A stretch of DNA of 64,000 nucleotides from an uncultured virus (IMG/VR IMGVR_UViG_3300030098_004510) (taxonomy: Duplodnaviria > Heunggongvirae > Uroviricota > Caudoviricetes): the IMG/VR virus record IMGVR_UViG_3300030098_004510; one strand, given 5' to 3'. Below, in pieces: positions 19,271 through 28,639 of the stretch. Under the pieces are notes generated by a model, which was given only the letters and a program-made list of their open reading frames with translations, was not told the origin of the DNA and did no database searches. The position numbers were made by a program, and so were the translations under genes. Position 1 is the stretch's first letter. Each line of letters begins with the position of its first letter.

Positions 19271-19999
19271 TTATTGTCCTCCTTCTATAGGTCCTGTTGG
19301 ACCTGGTTTACTAAAGCCTGGTAAGAATGATGGACGTGGCATTCTAATAACCCCACTCTGATGTTCATCACGTCTTCCGCGACCAATTTGTTGCGCAGCG
19401 ACTTCTTGTAAAGCCATTTCATACGATTGATTATACATTTGCAGCATTTCTGCTGGACCTTTCAAATATTTGAAAGCTTCGACAAGGCAGCCATACAACA
19501 TAAGTGCAGGTGCGTTATCACCAAGCCAAGTATTGCTATTAGTAGAAGTTAATCTGTCAGGCAATTTAATTAACCCTACTTCTACATAATTAGCAGTAGC
19601 TGGCGTTGGAACTACATATATAGTATTATAATCCCATTGTGAATAATATTTTGGTGTTCCTGTAGCATCTCTATCTGGCCAATATTCATTCATAAATGTA
19701 ACATCTCTTTGTTCTAAATATGTTCTATCTCCTGTGCCAGCAGCAGGATATATCATAACACTTCTTATAACAGAAAACTGAGTAGGAATTGTAGTTCCTC
19801 CACCAGGTAAAGTTATAAAACCATTTCCTACTGTAAAGTTAGAATATTGATAAGATCTAAAAACAGGTAAATCTATATCTCTTAAAATTTTATTTTCAGT
19901 GTGCTCAATAATATCATTGACAATAGTATCAGTTAAAACATCGCTAGATGTTTCAGTATAATCTCTTATTTGTTGTACTAATTCAGTGTAAGTTGTCAT
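19271..19999 (-). CDS. Head-tail adaptor-like protein
   Basis: MTTYTELVQQIRDYTE..GTPKYY..LYGCLVEAFKYLKG. Confidence 0.65.
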   Translation of the reverse strand: MTTYTELVQQIRDYTETSSDVLTDTIVNDIIEHTENKILRDIDLPVFRSYQYSNFTVGNGFITLPGGGTTIPTQFSVIRSVMIYPAAGTGDRTYLEQRDVTFMNEYWPDRDATGTPKYYSQWDYNTIYVVPTPATANYVEVGLIKLPDRLTSTNSNTWLGDNAPALMLYGCLVEAFKYLKGPAEMLQMYNQSYEMALQEVAAQQIGRGRRDEHQSGVIRMPRPSFLPGFSKPGPTGPIEGGQ

Positions 20000-20544
20000 G
20001 CGCTCACCGTAGTTGGTCCAATAAATACCACACTTCCTCCACCTGCACCAGTGGCAGAAGGGGTAGAAGTAATTGTTATATTAATAAAATCATCCGTTAC
20101 ACTTGTTGGAGTAAATCCTGAAGCAGACATTAATTCAGAAGGTGGTACACCAAAACGATTAGTACCCATCACTCCCATTCCTTGAAACTGGGTTGTAGTT
20201 CCTTCAGTTCCACTATTTGCTGCATCCCAAAACATAATTGTATCAGAAGTTGTATAAGGATGACCCGGAGAAAAAATAGAAACACTTTTACTTCCAGCTG
20301 TAAATCTAAACGGATTTGGGGGAAGTAATTGAGTAGTTGCTGGTGCTATACGTGCAGGTCTTGGGTGTTCTAACGCTTGAGGATCTGGAATATGTTCATG
20401 AGGCATTAATTGAGGTGCCTTAGGTTCATACTCACTTGTATGCACCCACATACCATTCCATTCTTGCACCATTTCGTTGTAGGGAAATTGTAATCCACTA
20501 CGATCGGAAATAGCTATTGCATATTTTCCTTTAGCGTAAGCCAT
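19996..20544 (-). CDS. Virion protein
   Basis: GKYAIAISDRSG..EYEPKAPQL..DPQALEHPRP. Confidence 0.65.
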   Translation of the reverse strand: MAYAKGKYAIAISDRSGLQFPYNEMVQEWNGMWVHTSEYEPKAPQLMPHEHIPDPQALEHPRPARIAPATTQLLPPNPFRFTAGSKSVSIFSPGHPYTTSDTIMFWDAANSGTEGTTTQFQGMGVMGTNRFGVPPSELMSASGFTPTSVTDDFINITITSTPSATGAGGGSVVFIGPTTVSA

Positions 20545-20552
20545 TTACTATA

Positions 20553-20831
20553 CTACCATTTACTATCGTTAGGTCCAACCCAATGATATTTACCACCTTT
20601 TGTAGCAGCACCCATCCCTTGAGCCGTTCCACTAATAGTTCCTTTAGCAATTTTAATCTCTTTTCCACCTAACTCTCTATTAGTTCCTGTTGGTGCATTT
20701 CCTTTATCAGTTGCTGCTCCAACATTTTTAATAATGGAAGGTGTACTTATTTGACCTCTACCGTAATGACCTATTTTTTTAGTAGATGCATCACGAGTAT
20801 TTGCCTGTTTATTCCATCGTGGGTTACTCAT
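20553..20831 (-). CDS. Small basic protein
   Basis: AGGAGG RBS; GMGAATKGG end motif. Confidence 0.65.
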   Translation of the reverse strand: MSNPRWNKQANTRDASTKKIGHYGRGQISTPSIIKNVGAATDKGNAPTGTNRELGGKEIKIAKGTISGTAQGMGAATKGGKYHWVGPNDSKW

Positions 20832-20938
20832 TAGTCCTCCTTTTTACATTCACAGTTTCCACAACTGCATTGTCCACCACAGCATGATCCGCCGTTACTA
20901 CAATGACATTCATGGTCACAATGTTTACATATTGGCAT
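20831..20938 (-). CDS. Metallothionein-like peptide, 35 aa (not in ORF track)
   Basis: MPICKHCDHECHCSNGGSCCGGQCSCGNCECKKED; AGGAGG RBS; fills the gap and its TAA overlaps next ATG. Confidence 0.75.
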   Translation of the reverse strand: MPICKHCDHECHCSNGGSCCGGQCSCGNCECKKED

Positions 20939-20946
20939 ATTACCTC

Positions 20947-21696
20947 CTATGGTATATACGCTTGCGCCGGTTTAACTCTAAACGAGACTCTTTCTCGGTT
21001 AGCATCAGCGGTTCTCTCAAATTCCTCATCATATACCGCTTTTAACCCTGATGTTAACATCGGGGCTCTTTTTAAAGAAACATAATAAGCTAATCCAGAA
21101 ACTAAACAAGGAAGAAAATAGAAAGGCACATCTGCAGTATTTGAATAGGCACCTGCATCCATGATTCTATTTATATAGAAATACTTCATTATGTAAGCTT
21201 TATCGGGGTTAGGATAAACAAATAAAGTCATGTCGTGCTCAGGTCTTCCTGTGCTAGTAGATCCATTAACGGTCACTTGACCATTAATTAAACAAAATTG
21301 TGTTGGTCTAGCATCACCTGTATTAGTTTCTCTCTTTCTGCTTAAATTCATGTATTCTGTTCTGGAAATTTTAGTGATTGCTACATCTGTAGTATTTTGA
21401 TCACCATCTAAATTTGCAGTTGCATTAGCTGTCGTTGTTATTGTTGCATCAATAATATCTACAACTTTTTGATCAACAGCATAATAATTTGTACCAGCAG
21501 TCATTGTTTGTGTTGCGTAATCAATGGTCCATAAATTTAAACCACGATTAGCCCAATCAGAAAACATAAGGTTTAAAGATCTTCTAGCAGTTCTTAAATC
21601 ATAACCGCTTCTTACTTCAAGACCGCATCTTTCAAATGCTTCTTCTATAATTTCCTCTATCGAGAGGTTAAATGTTCTCGTACCTGAATAAGCCAT
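20947..21696 (-). CDS. Head-tail connector/tail tubular A-like protein
   Basis: IEEAFERCG..ARRSLNLMFSDWANRGLNLW..FLPCLVSGLAYY. Confidence 0.7.
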   Translation of the reverse strand: MAYSGTRTFNLSIEEIIEEAFERCGLEVRSGYDLRTARRSLNLMFSDWANRGLNLWTIDYATQTMTAGTNYYAVDQKVVDIIDATITTTANATANLDGDQNTTDVAITKISRTEYMNLSRKRETNTGDARPTQFCLINGQVTVNGSTSTGRPEHDMTLFVYPNPDKAYIMKYFYINRIMDAGAYSNTADVPFYFLPCLVSGLAYYVSLKRAPMLTSGLKAVYDEEFERTADANRERVSFRVKPAQAYIP

Positions 21697-21704
21697 TTAA
21701 ACCT

Positions 21705-22118
21705 CTACGAGATAGCGTCGTATTCTTTTATAAACTCAATAACTATACTAGCAGTATCGTCGTTAGTAACAGAAGAAAAGTTAATCAAAACATCGCCAGA
21801 ATAGTTAGTTGCTTTTGTGTTCTGTAAAGTTCCTATAGAACTAAAGTCCGCATCATCAGCGTGATTACAAGACCATGCAACTGGATTTGTTCCACTGTTA
21901 TCCCACTCTACTAAAAGTGTTTTAGCAGGAGCAGTAACGCTAGAACTCCACCACATTTTATTTATATTTACATAAGTACAAGCTGTTCCATCAGCTCTTG
22001 CATTAAGAGCCGACGCATCCACTTTATATGTTTCAGCTGTGGCAGATGCTATTTTAGCGGTGAATGAAAAGATAGCTTTTCTATCTCCATCAAATAATTT
22101 TTTTACGTATTGTGCCAT
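21705..22118 (-). CDS. Structural protein
   Basis: ORF with RBS in head module. Confidence 0.6.
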   Translation of the reverse strand: MAQYVKKLFDGDRKAIFSFTAKIASATAETYKVDASALNARADGTACTYVNINKMWWSSSVTAPAKTLLVEWDNSGTNPVAWSCNHADDADFSSIGTLQNTKATNYSGDVLINFSSVTNDDTASIVIEFIKEYDAIS

Positions 22119-22132
22119 TTAATTCCCCTTGT

Positions 22133-22165
22133 AAGAGGGTGGGGCCATTACTCCCCACCCACGGT
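22133..22165 (-). terminator. GC hairpin, possible terminator
   Basis: GGGTGGGG-N8-CCCCACCC. Confidence 0.45.
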
Positions 22166-22174
22166 TATATTATT

Positions 22175-23095
22175 TTACCAAGTATCTCCTGAAGCAAGGT
22201 TTTTACCTTGCATAAAGTCAATCTTGATCCATGCTTGACCAGCAGTAGATAATGCTCCAGTTGGAGTATAAGTCAATACTGCTTGTACATCTGAGTTATA
22301 AGAAACTCCGTCTGCACCAGTCTCTGCTTGAAATACACTTTTCCACGATGCAGTTTGTGTAGCATCCACAGTTACAGCTCCACCAGTATTACCAGTAGTT
22401 GTAACTGCACGCGTAACACCAGTAGCAATGTCTGCTAAATAATCCGGATCATCAGATTTTCCAATTTCCATTGGATCTGCTGTTCCAGCATTAAACGCTT
22501 CTGCTACCCATATCTTAATACCAGTAATGGTAGATTGATAAGGAATAGTTCCTAACGCTCTGCAATAAACATCTCCTGCCACAGCCGCTGTTCCCACAGT
22601 AATATTACCAGTGGTAGCGCCACTTGTAGCAATTTTAGTTACACTTTTAAAGTTAGCTGCTGTGCTATCAGTAGTATAAACAGTTCCACTATTTGGTCCT
22701 GTTATAGTTTCGCTTAAAGCTTTTCCATTAACATCTGTTCCTGTAACGGTAAATGTAATTCCTGAATCATTACCATCACTTGTAATGCCAATTTTTCTTG
22801 CCCACGCTCCGTCAGCAGTTGTTGAAACTGCACTTCCAAGAGCTGGTGCATAAATTGAATTGCCATTAACAGTAGCACATAAAGCGCCATTTAATGTCAA
22901 GTCAGCTGCCGCTGAAGTTGTTTGTGTAGCGCAAATACCGTCTGTATCTGCCGCTGTTGGTTCTTGAAAATAACGAGCTAATGAGTTGGTTACCCAGTTA
23001 GTGTCTGTTAAATCTTTACCACGATAACCACCTGATGTGGCTCCGCTAATTACTGGACCCGTTTTAACCGGACCCTGAAAAGTTGTTGTACCCAT
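22175..23095 (-). CDS. Capsid decoration/minor head protein
   Basis: MGTTTFQGPVK start directly after MCP; beta-rich. Confidence 0.6.
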   Translation of the reverse strand: MGTTTFQGPVKTGPVISGATSGGYRGKDLTDTNWVTNSLARYFQEPTAADTDGICATQTTSAAADLTLNGALCATVNGNSIYAPALGSAVSTTADGAWARKIGITSDGNDSGITFTVTGTDVNGKALSETITGPNSGTVYTTDSTAANFKSVTKIATSGATTGNITVGTAAVAGDVYCRALGTIPYQSTITGIKIWVAEAFNAGTADPMEIGKSDDPDYLADIATGVTRAVTTTGNTGGAVTVDATQTASWKSVFQAETGADGVSYNSDVQAVLTYTPTGALSTAGQAWIKIDFMQGKNLASGDTW

Positions 23096-23099
23096 TTGT

Positions 23100-23180
23100 A
23101 CTCCTTTGGCTGTATAGGCCTTTTGTTACGTCGTCTCTATACCGTCTGCCTAGCCAGTCTACGTAACTATTTACTAGGAT
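23100..23180 (-). ncRNA. Pseudoknotted RNA downstream of major capsid gene (Mu-gpT-DE-like)
   Basis: CCUAG/CUAGG, GUUACGU/ACGUAAC and GUAUAG/CUAUAC crossing helices with three AGAC junctions. Confidence 0.6.
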
Positions 23181-23207
23181 AAAGGGGCGAACTAATTTCG
23201 CCCCTTT
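23181..23207 (-). terminator. Hairpin/terminator after MCP
   Basis: AAAGGGGCGAA-N5-TTCGCCCCTTT. Confidence 0.7.
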
Positions 23208-23216
23208 AAAGATTAA

Positions 23217-24122
23217 TTAAGCTCCTGGTGAACCAAAGATACCTCTCCAGTCAGACCAGCCGAAGCTGTATCTTTCTCTAGCTTTGTATCTAACATTACC
23301 AGTATCGAAATCGCCTTCCATAGCAGTTCTAATTGGAGCTCTTACAAAGTGTTTAAGTCCATTAGGTGCATCTGTTTTAATGAAGAACGCATCAGTATCA
23401 GTAAGGAAGTTGTTTACAACATATCCTTCAGGTACCATACCCATTGATTTGATTGCGTTGATATCATTATCAGCAGTGCCTACTCTACCAGCAGATTTCA
23501 TTAGTCTCTCAGCTACGAACTGAAGGTTTACTGGTATAATCATTTTCATACCTCTAAGAGCAATTTTCATTCCTCTTTCGTCCTTCATGTCAGCAATATC
23601 AATTAACATCTGCTCAAGCGAAGTTTCGTTTAAGTCAGCTGCAGTTGATAGCTCGTTCTTTTGGTCGCCACTAAGAGTTGGGTGGTCAGTCGCACAAAGC
23701 TCCTTTGCATCCCCACCAAGATAAGAGTTGTTAAACGCTCTGTTAAGAATGTTTGCAGCTTTAACTTGTTTAGTGTTAGCCATAGAACGCGCTAATGCTT
23801 TAGTATAGCGAGTGCTAAGTTTGTCGTAAAGATTATCCTCTACAGCTTCTTCTGTAAGTGCAAAAGCTAAAGCAATAGTCTCGTTGGTATACCTAGCAGT
23901 GTAAGTTTCTTGAGCATCTTCGTATGATACTCCTTGACCTTCCGGTTTTACAGCTGCATTGGCAAACCCGCCAAGCATTACTTCTTCTTCGAAAGCACGA
24001 TCAGATGATTCTGTATCGAATATTTCTTTGTCTTGATTTTCGTAACGGTCATACTCTAAACCAAACAGGGCGTTTAAACCAGGTTCGAGTTCTTTGACCA
24101 ATTGCATTCTTGAAATAACCAT
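23217..24122 (-). CDS. Major capsid protein (Mu gpT-like family)
   Basis: ISRMQLVKELEPGLNALFGLEY..GDFDTGNVRYKARERYSFGWSD. Confidence 0.9.
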   Translation of the reverse strand: MVISRMQLVKELEPGLNALFGLEYDRYENQDKEIFDTESSDRAFEEEVMLGGFANAAVKPEGQGVSYEDAQETYTARYTNETIALAFALTEEAVEDNLYDKLSTRYTKALARSMANTKQVKAANILNRAFNNSYLGGDAKELCATDHPTLSGDQKNELSTAADLNETSLEQMLIDIADMKDERGMKIALRGMKMIIPVNLQFVAERLMKSAGRVGTADNDINAIKSMGMVPEGYVVNNFLTDTDAFFIKTDAPNGLKHFVRAPIRTAMEGDFDTGNVRYKARERYSFGWSDWRGIFGSPGA

Positions 24123-24142
24123 TGTTCAATATCTCCTTAGGT

Positions 24143-24715
24143 TTATACGCCAGCGCCATTGTTATAGTACAGATGCTCGTTGAATCTTACAATCCAGTTA
24201 GCATTAGCACTAGCAATGTCACTGTTTTCAGGATCTTCAGAAATTCTGATGATTCTTAATTGAGCAGCACCGCCTGCAGCAGCACCTAACTCAGATTTAG
24301 ATTGACCATTGATAGTAGAACCCGCAGCATAAACTTGGTCAGCGTTATCGCCAACAGCAGTTTGTCCTAGAGTTGCATTATCTTGAATTTCGAAGAGCAT
24401 GTTTGGATCATCGTAAACAAACGCGTCTATATCGCCCACAGTAGGTGTTATGCTACCAGGGTAGTAGTTTGACCATGTTGGTTTTTGTGTAGTAGGGTCA
24501 TTGTAGAAACAACCGTTGAAAACTCCAACGTTCGCAGTGTCAGCGTTTCCACTAACTTGTATAGTTCCTGCAGCAACTAACTTAACGATATCTCCTTTGT
24601 AAATCGCAGTAGCATAGCCATCTGCAATTTTGTATTTAGAAGTACCGCCATTTTGAATGCCGCTTCCTAATTCGCCTACAGGTCTTAAACCAAATGGCGC
24701 ATCATTATTAGCCAT
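24143..24715 (-). CDS. Capsid-associated protein (start revised to MANNDAPFG)
   Basis: CAGGAG RBS; APFGLRPV..GVFNGCFY..DDPNMLFEIQ. Confidence 0.7.
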   Translation of the reverse strand: MANNDAPFGLRPVGELGSGIQNGGTSKYKIADGYATAIYKGDIVKLVAAGTIQVSGNADTANVGVFNGCFYNDPTTQKPTWSNYYPGSITPTVGDIDAFVYDDPNMLFEIQDNATLGQTAVGDNADQVYAAGSTINGQSKSELGAAAGGAAQLRIIRISEDPENSDIASANANWIVRFNEHLYYNNGAGV

Positions 24716-24740
24716 GATTTTTTCTCCTGAAAAAATTTTT

Positions 24741-24766
24741 AAAAACACACTCACCGCGAGTGTGTT
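24741..24766 (-). terminator. Rho-independent terminator
   Basis: AACACACTC-N5-GAGTGTGTT followed by T run on minus strand. Confidence 0.6.
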
Positions 24767-24797
24767 AAAAATGTGTAACTATGTGTTAGGAAACTTA

Positions 24798-25268
24798 TTA
24801 ACTAGGTTTCTTGCCACCAAATGTTACGCGAGAGCTTCTCTCTTTCGAGATTGGCATGCTAGGGTGTTGTTCCTTAAGAGGATCATTTGCAATCGCATCA
24901 TCTTTATCTTGCGTAACTTTCGCAAAATATTGTTTACGCTGCTCAACAATCTCATTAGGGATTCTTGCTAGCATTAAACCTCCAACAGCTATAACACCTT
25001 CATATTTACCTGAATCAATTTGAGGCCATTCGTTGGTTGGATATTCATCAGCTCTGACAAATTCCCATCCTTCTCGTAGTCTAGCGGATACATTTTTTTG
25101 ATCCATCTGTCCTACTGATTCGGCCCTTACCCATCTGTGCTTAAAGCCTTCGGGTGCAGGTGGTGCGTCTAGTTGTGACGGTGGAGTCCATACTTTAGGA
25201 CGCTCTTGTTTAGCCCTAGTTTCTGACTCGCGTGACGGTAGTTTAGTTTTCATTACTTTATCATTCAT
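24798..25268 (-). CDS. Conserved head-module protein
   Basis: WTPPSQLDAPPAPEGFKHRWVR..LREGWEFVRA. Confidence 0.75.
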   Translation of the reverse strand: MNDKVMKTKLPSRESETRAKQERPKVWTPPSQLDAPPAPEGFKHRWVRAESVGQMDQKNVSARLREGWEFVRADEYPTNEWPQIDSGKYEGVIAVGGLMLARIPNEIVEQRKQYFAKVTQDKDDAIANDPLKEQHPSMPISKERSSRVTFGGKKPS

Positions 25269-25272
25269 ATGC

Positions 25273-26220
25273 CTACTCCTTCACGTACTTCGCATATTCG
25301 CTTAGTGGCACACCTAATTTTTTTGCTATAGCAACTTGTGATGGTGTGAGTCTCACAGTGCCTTTGCGCGCCTGAATTGGTCCTCCTCTATTTACAGAGG
25401 CAACCGTTTGAGTCGGCGTTGAACTTTGAAACTTATGAGGGAAATTATCCTTCATTCGTTTATCTAACTCATTATAGTATGATTTTGACGATGGGTCAAC
25501 ACCTTCGTCAACTAAATTCTTGTGAATTGAGAATGCTGTCAGAGTCATAGGTTCGTCTTTACCAAACCATTCGTTCTTTTCTGCCCATTCTTCAGCCTGT
25601 GGATCAGGTGGTGGAGCAGATTGTTGAGGTGGTTGATAAGCTGGCTGTTGTTGCTGATATTGCTGAGCTGCTGGCGTTTGCCTAGCTTTAGCCATTCTTT
25701 CACGTTGAGCAATAGTTAACTTTGCTCTTTCTGATTCAACAGCTAATCTAGCAAGATCTTGTTGTGCAGTTATAACCGCGTCTGCATCACCAGCATCCAT
25801 GGCAGTTTTTAATTTTGCCTTAGTATCTTCAGTTTCAGCTTTTACACGTTGTTCGTATTCAGCTATATATCCTCTATCAAGATTGCTCGCTCTATTTTTT
25901 ATATCTTCATTTTGAGCTTGAACACCTTGAGCAAATTCAATAGCAGCTTGTTCTCGTCTTTCTGTTTCTCTTAATTTTTTTGTTAATTTATCTATACGGG
26001 ATTGAACTTTTTTCCCGTAATCTTTCATGTCTCCTTCTGAAGCTGTATCAGCTTTATCTTCTATAACAACTTCTTTAGATTCATTGACTACTTCAATATC
26101 GTCTTCCTTATTAATTTTCTTTTCTGTATCGTCTAGTTTGACATCAACAGAATCTCCGTCAGAAGGTAGATCAACCATTTTTTCGTCAGCTTGCGCTTGC
26201 GTTTCTATCGTTGCAGGCAT
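25273..26220 (-). CDS. Capsid scaffolding protein
   Basis: Coiled coil, acidic N-terminus, C-terminal LTPSQVAIAKKLGVPLSEYAKY. Confidence 0.75.
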   Translation of the reverse strand: MPATIETQAQADEKMVDLPSDGDSVDVKLDDTEKKINKEDDIEVVNESKEVVIEDKADTASEGDMKDYGKKVQSRIDKLTKKLRETERREQAAIEFAQGVQAQNEDIKNRASNLDRGYIAEYEQRVKAETEDTKAKLKTAMDAGDADAVITAQQDLARLAVESERAKLTIAQRERMAKARQTPAAQQYQQQQPAYQPPQQSAPPPDPQAEEWAEKNEWFGKDEPMTLTAFSIHKNLVDEGVDPSSKSYYNELDKRMKDNFPHKFQSSTPTQTVASVNRGGPIQARKGTVRLTPSQVAIAKKLGVPLSEYAKYVKE

Positions 26221-26233
26221 ATTTTACTCCTGT

Positions 26234-26737
26234 TTATTTGTATTGCAAGATATCCTCTGGGTCTTTTACCACAGCAATTATCTCGTCCTCATTTAGTATT
26301 CTCACTTCACCACCTTCTATTCCAAACCTTGATCCAGCATAACGACCAAATATAATCCAATCATTTAATTTGCACCACGGTCCATTTGGAAACCTTGTTT
26401 TATCTGTATAACAATCTGGTCCCATTTTAAGAACCAACCCAGTGACTGTTGTATAGCCACGTTCTTGCATTGTTTCATCTGTTAATATTACACCACCTTT
26501 TGTTTTACCTTGTCCTCTGTACGGTAAAACCAACATACGCCAACCTGTTGGATCAGGTAAACGCTCCAATACTTTTTCTGTAGGTAAATGTTTTATATCG
26601 GCGGTAGCATCTTCTTGCAGTTTTTTAAGAAATCTATTTTCTTTATCTTCTGCTACTTTATTATTTTCATCAGCCTCAACAGCTAAATCTTTTTCTTCTA
26701 ACGCAAATTTACGTTTAGGTATTATTGTCTCCGTCAT
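26234..26737 (-). CDS. groES: GroES-like co-chaperonin
   Basis: PTGWRMLV..KTKGGVIL..GLVLKMGP..FGRYAG..ILNEDEIIAV. Confidence 0.85.
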   Translation of the reverse strand: MTETIIPKRKFALEEKDLAVEADENNKVAEDKENRFLKKLQEDATADIKHLPTEKVLERLPDPTGWRMLVLPYRGQGKTKGGVILTDETMQERGYTTVTGLVLKMGPDCYTDKTRFPNGPWCKLNDWIIFGRYAGSRFGIEGGEVRILNEDEIIAVVKDPEDILQYK

Positions 26738-26918
26738 TATCTTCCTCTTTCTGCAGGTCTTGAATCTCCTGTTCCATTATAGTGTAAGCTTTATGCTCAC
26801 CAACTGCTTTAACATATTCGTCCATCGTTGGCAAGCCTGCAGCTATAACTTCTTTTAAATCTTGTTTGCGCGCTCTAATCTTTTTTAAAATTAGATAAAT
26901 CGCGTTTTCATCACGCAT
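26715..26918 (-). CDS. Small conserved protein upstream of GroES
   Basis: Helical ORF in operon. Confidence 0.65.
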   Translation of the reverse strand: MRDENAIYLILKKIRARKQDLKEVIAAGLPTMDEYVKAVGEHKAYTIMEQEIQDLQKEEDNDGDNNT

Positions 26919-26923
26919 AAAAA

Positions 26924-27235
26924 TTATTTCTTTCTAGCTGTTCCGCCTTTAGATTTTTTAATTCTTCCGCCTCTAGATGCCATTGTTTTAGCGCCAGAAT
27001 AAGCTCCTTTACCCATAGATTTTTCCATGCCTTTAGATTCATTTCTTCTAGATGCTAAAGACTGAGATTTTTTCCCATTTCTTGCACCTAAAGATTCATC
27101 TAATCTAGCATTATAACCTTGAGTCATTCCACCTACTTTTTTCTTAACTCTACCACCAGATTTATAAGTAGTAGTTCCAAATTTTTTACCAGGTGTTTTA
27201 CGAGCTTCTCTTCTTGCATGTATTTTTCCAACCAT
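26924..27235 (-). CDS. Highly basic small protein with xxGG repeats
   Basis: K/R-rich; QGYNARLDESLG module. Confidence 0.7.
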   Translation of the reverse strand: MVGKIHARREARKTPGKKFGTTTYKSGGRVKKKVGGMTQGYNARLDESLGARNGKKSQSLASRRNESKGMEKSMGKGAYSGAKTMASRGGRIKKSKGGTARKK

Positions 27236-27245
27236 ACTGATCTCC

Positions 27246-27437
27246 TTAATATATTTTTGTTATAGGTCTTTTATTGGGTAACATCAAGTTAAATCCTCTT
27301 GGCTTAACTGATGTTTGAACTACACCACCGACTTTTTTCTTAACTGGTGTACTTCCGTATTCTTCGGTCCAATCTTTTGCTATTTTAGGCTCATTAGCCC
27401 ACATCCATTTTCTTTGTTTTTCTGATTGAAATGGCAT
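27246..27437 (-). CDS. Small basic protein
   Basis: MPFQSEKQRKWMWANEPKIAKDW. Confidence 0.7.
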   Translation of the reverse strand: MPFQSEKQRKWMWANEPKIAKDWTEEYGSTPVKKKVGGVVQTSVKPRGFNLMLPNKRPITKIY

Positions 27438-27823
27438 TATTTTTTAAACATATTAATTGCACCAGCACCGGCCTTGATGCCGAAGCTCGCAGAAATCGCA
27501 ATGTATAAGAGATTGTGGTAGTATGACGGCAAATCTTGCAGGGCAATAAACCCTTTATGTATATGTTCTTGAAAAGGCGTGAAGACTAAAACGGCAGGCA
27601 AAAGTAGGACAATGAGACTTACCTCATCTTTCCACGAACCTTTCATTTGGTCTACAGCACTTTGCTCCCATTTCACTTTTCCAGCGATTTGATCTTCTTT
27701 TAATTTCTTTGCAGCTTTTATTTCAGTAAGCTTTAACTCTCCCTTCATTTTCTTTGTAGCCACGAAGCCTTTGACTCCATCTGCTACCACGCCCAATAAG
27801 GGCTTAGCTAATAGTTGCCACAT
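27437..27823 (-). CDS. Holin-like membrane protein
   Basis: SWKDE followed by two hydrophobic segments. Confidence 0.6.
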   Translation of the reverse strand: MWQLLAKPLLGVVADGVKGFVATKKMKGELKLTEIKAAKKLKEDQIAGKVKWEQSAVDQMKGSWKDEVSLIVLLLPAVLVFTPFQEHIHKGFIALQDLPSYYHNLLYIAISASFGIKAGAGAINMFKK

Positions 27824-27824
27824 A

Positions 27825-28637
27825 TTATCCTCCTACTAAACTCACTATACCACCTTTTGCACGTCCTGTCGCCCATATTTTTTCCATGCCCCAAGGCATA
27901 ACTCCTGCACCTGGATGAACAAAAGCTTGTGAGTATAATCCTTTTTTTAATGTGTCAGCGGTATCTGCTGCATATGCATTTTCCATGGTATCAAAAAATC
28001 CTTGTTGTTCCATAGCTCTTTGTGGTGATTGTCTTGGACCATAATATAATTGTTGTTGCCAAGCTTTTCTATCATCTAAAATATTTCGGCCAGAATTCCA
28101 TCCTCCTCCACCACCATATCCAGATTGTAATTGATCATATTTTCTACCAATCCAATCATCAGCTATTGTTCTATTAGTTTCAAAAAAAGGATCATCTGAA
28201 TCTATATCCATCAGATTACCTTCATTATAAAAATTACTATAAGCGTTAAAAGCAGCTTCTTCTGGAGTAAGTCCTTTATCAAGTTCAGATTCCATCATGT
28301 ATGTTAATACATCTTGAACAGTTTCACTTGATCCTGTAGTTCCTGAACTTGCACCAAATACACTACCAAATCCAGTTCCCATAGGTTGAGTTATATCATA
28401 ATCTTCAAATACTCCTCCATAATCGGTAGAACTTGGTTCAGTAGGTTGATATGTAGATGCTTCTTGTTGTAATGTAAGAGGAGGTACTATAGTTTGATCA
28501 TTGCTAGTAGAACCAGTGTTATTTTGACCGGTTCCAGGATTATAACCAAAATTTACATTGGTAGTATTTACTGCCGTAGATGTAGTTGGTGGTTTAGGTG
28601 ACCAAGGTACACCATTATCCTGATGGGGGTTAGCCAT
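27825..28637 (-). CDS. Low-complexity putative virion cargo protein
   Basis: Ends RAKGGIVSLVGG. Confidence 0.6.
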   Translation of the reverse strand: MANPHQDNGVPWSPKPPTTSTAVNTTNVNFGYNPGTGQNNTGSTSNDQTIVPPLTLQQEASTYQPTEPSSTDYGGVFEDYDITQPMGTGFGSVFGASSGTTGSSETVQDVLTYMMESELDKGLTPEEAAFNAYSNFYNEGNLMDIDSDDPFFETNRTIADDWIGRKYDQLQSGYGGGGGWNSGRNILDDRKAWQQQLYYGPRQSPQRAMEQQGFFDTMENAYAADTADTLKKGLYSQAFVHPGAGVMPWGMEKIWATGRAKGGIVSLVGG

Positions 28638-28639
28638 AA

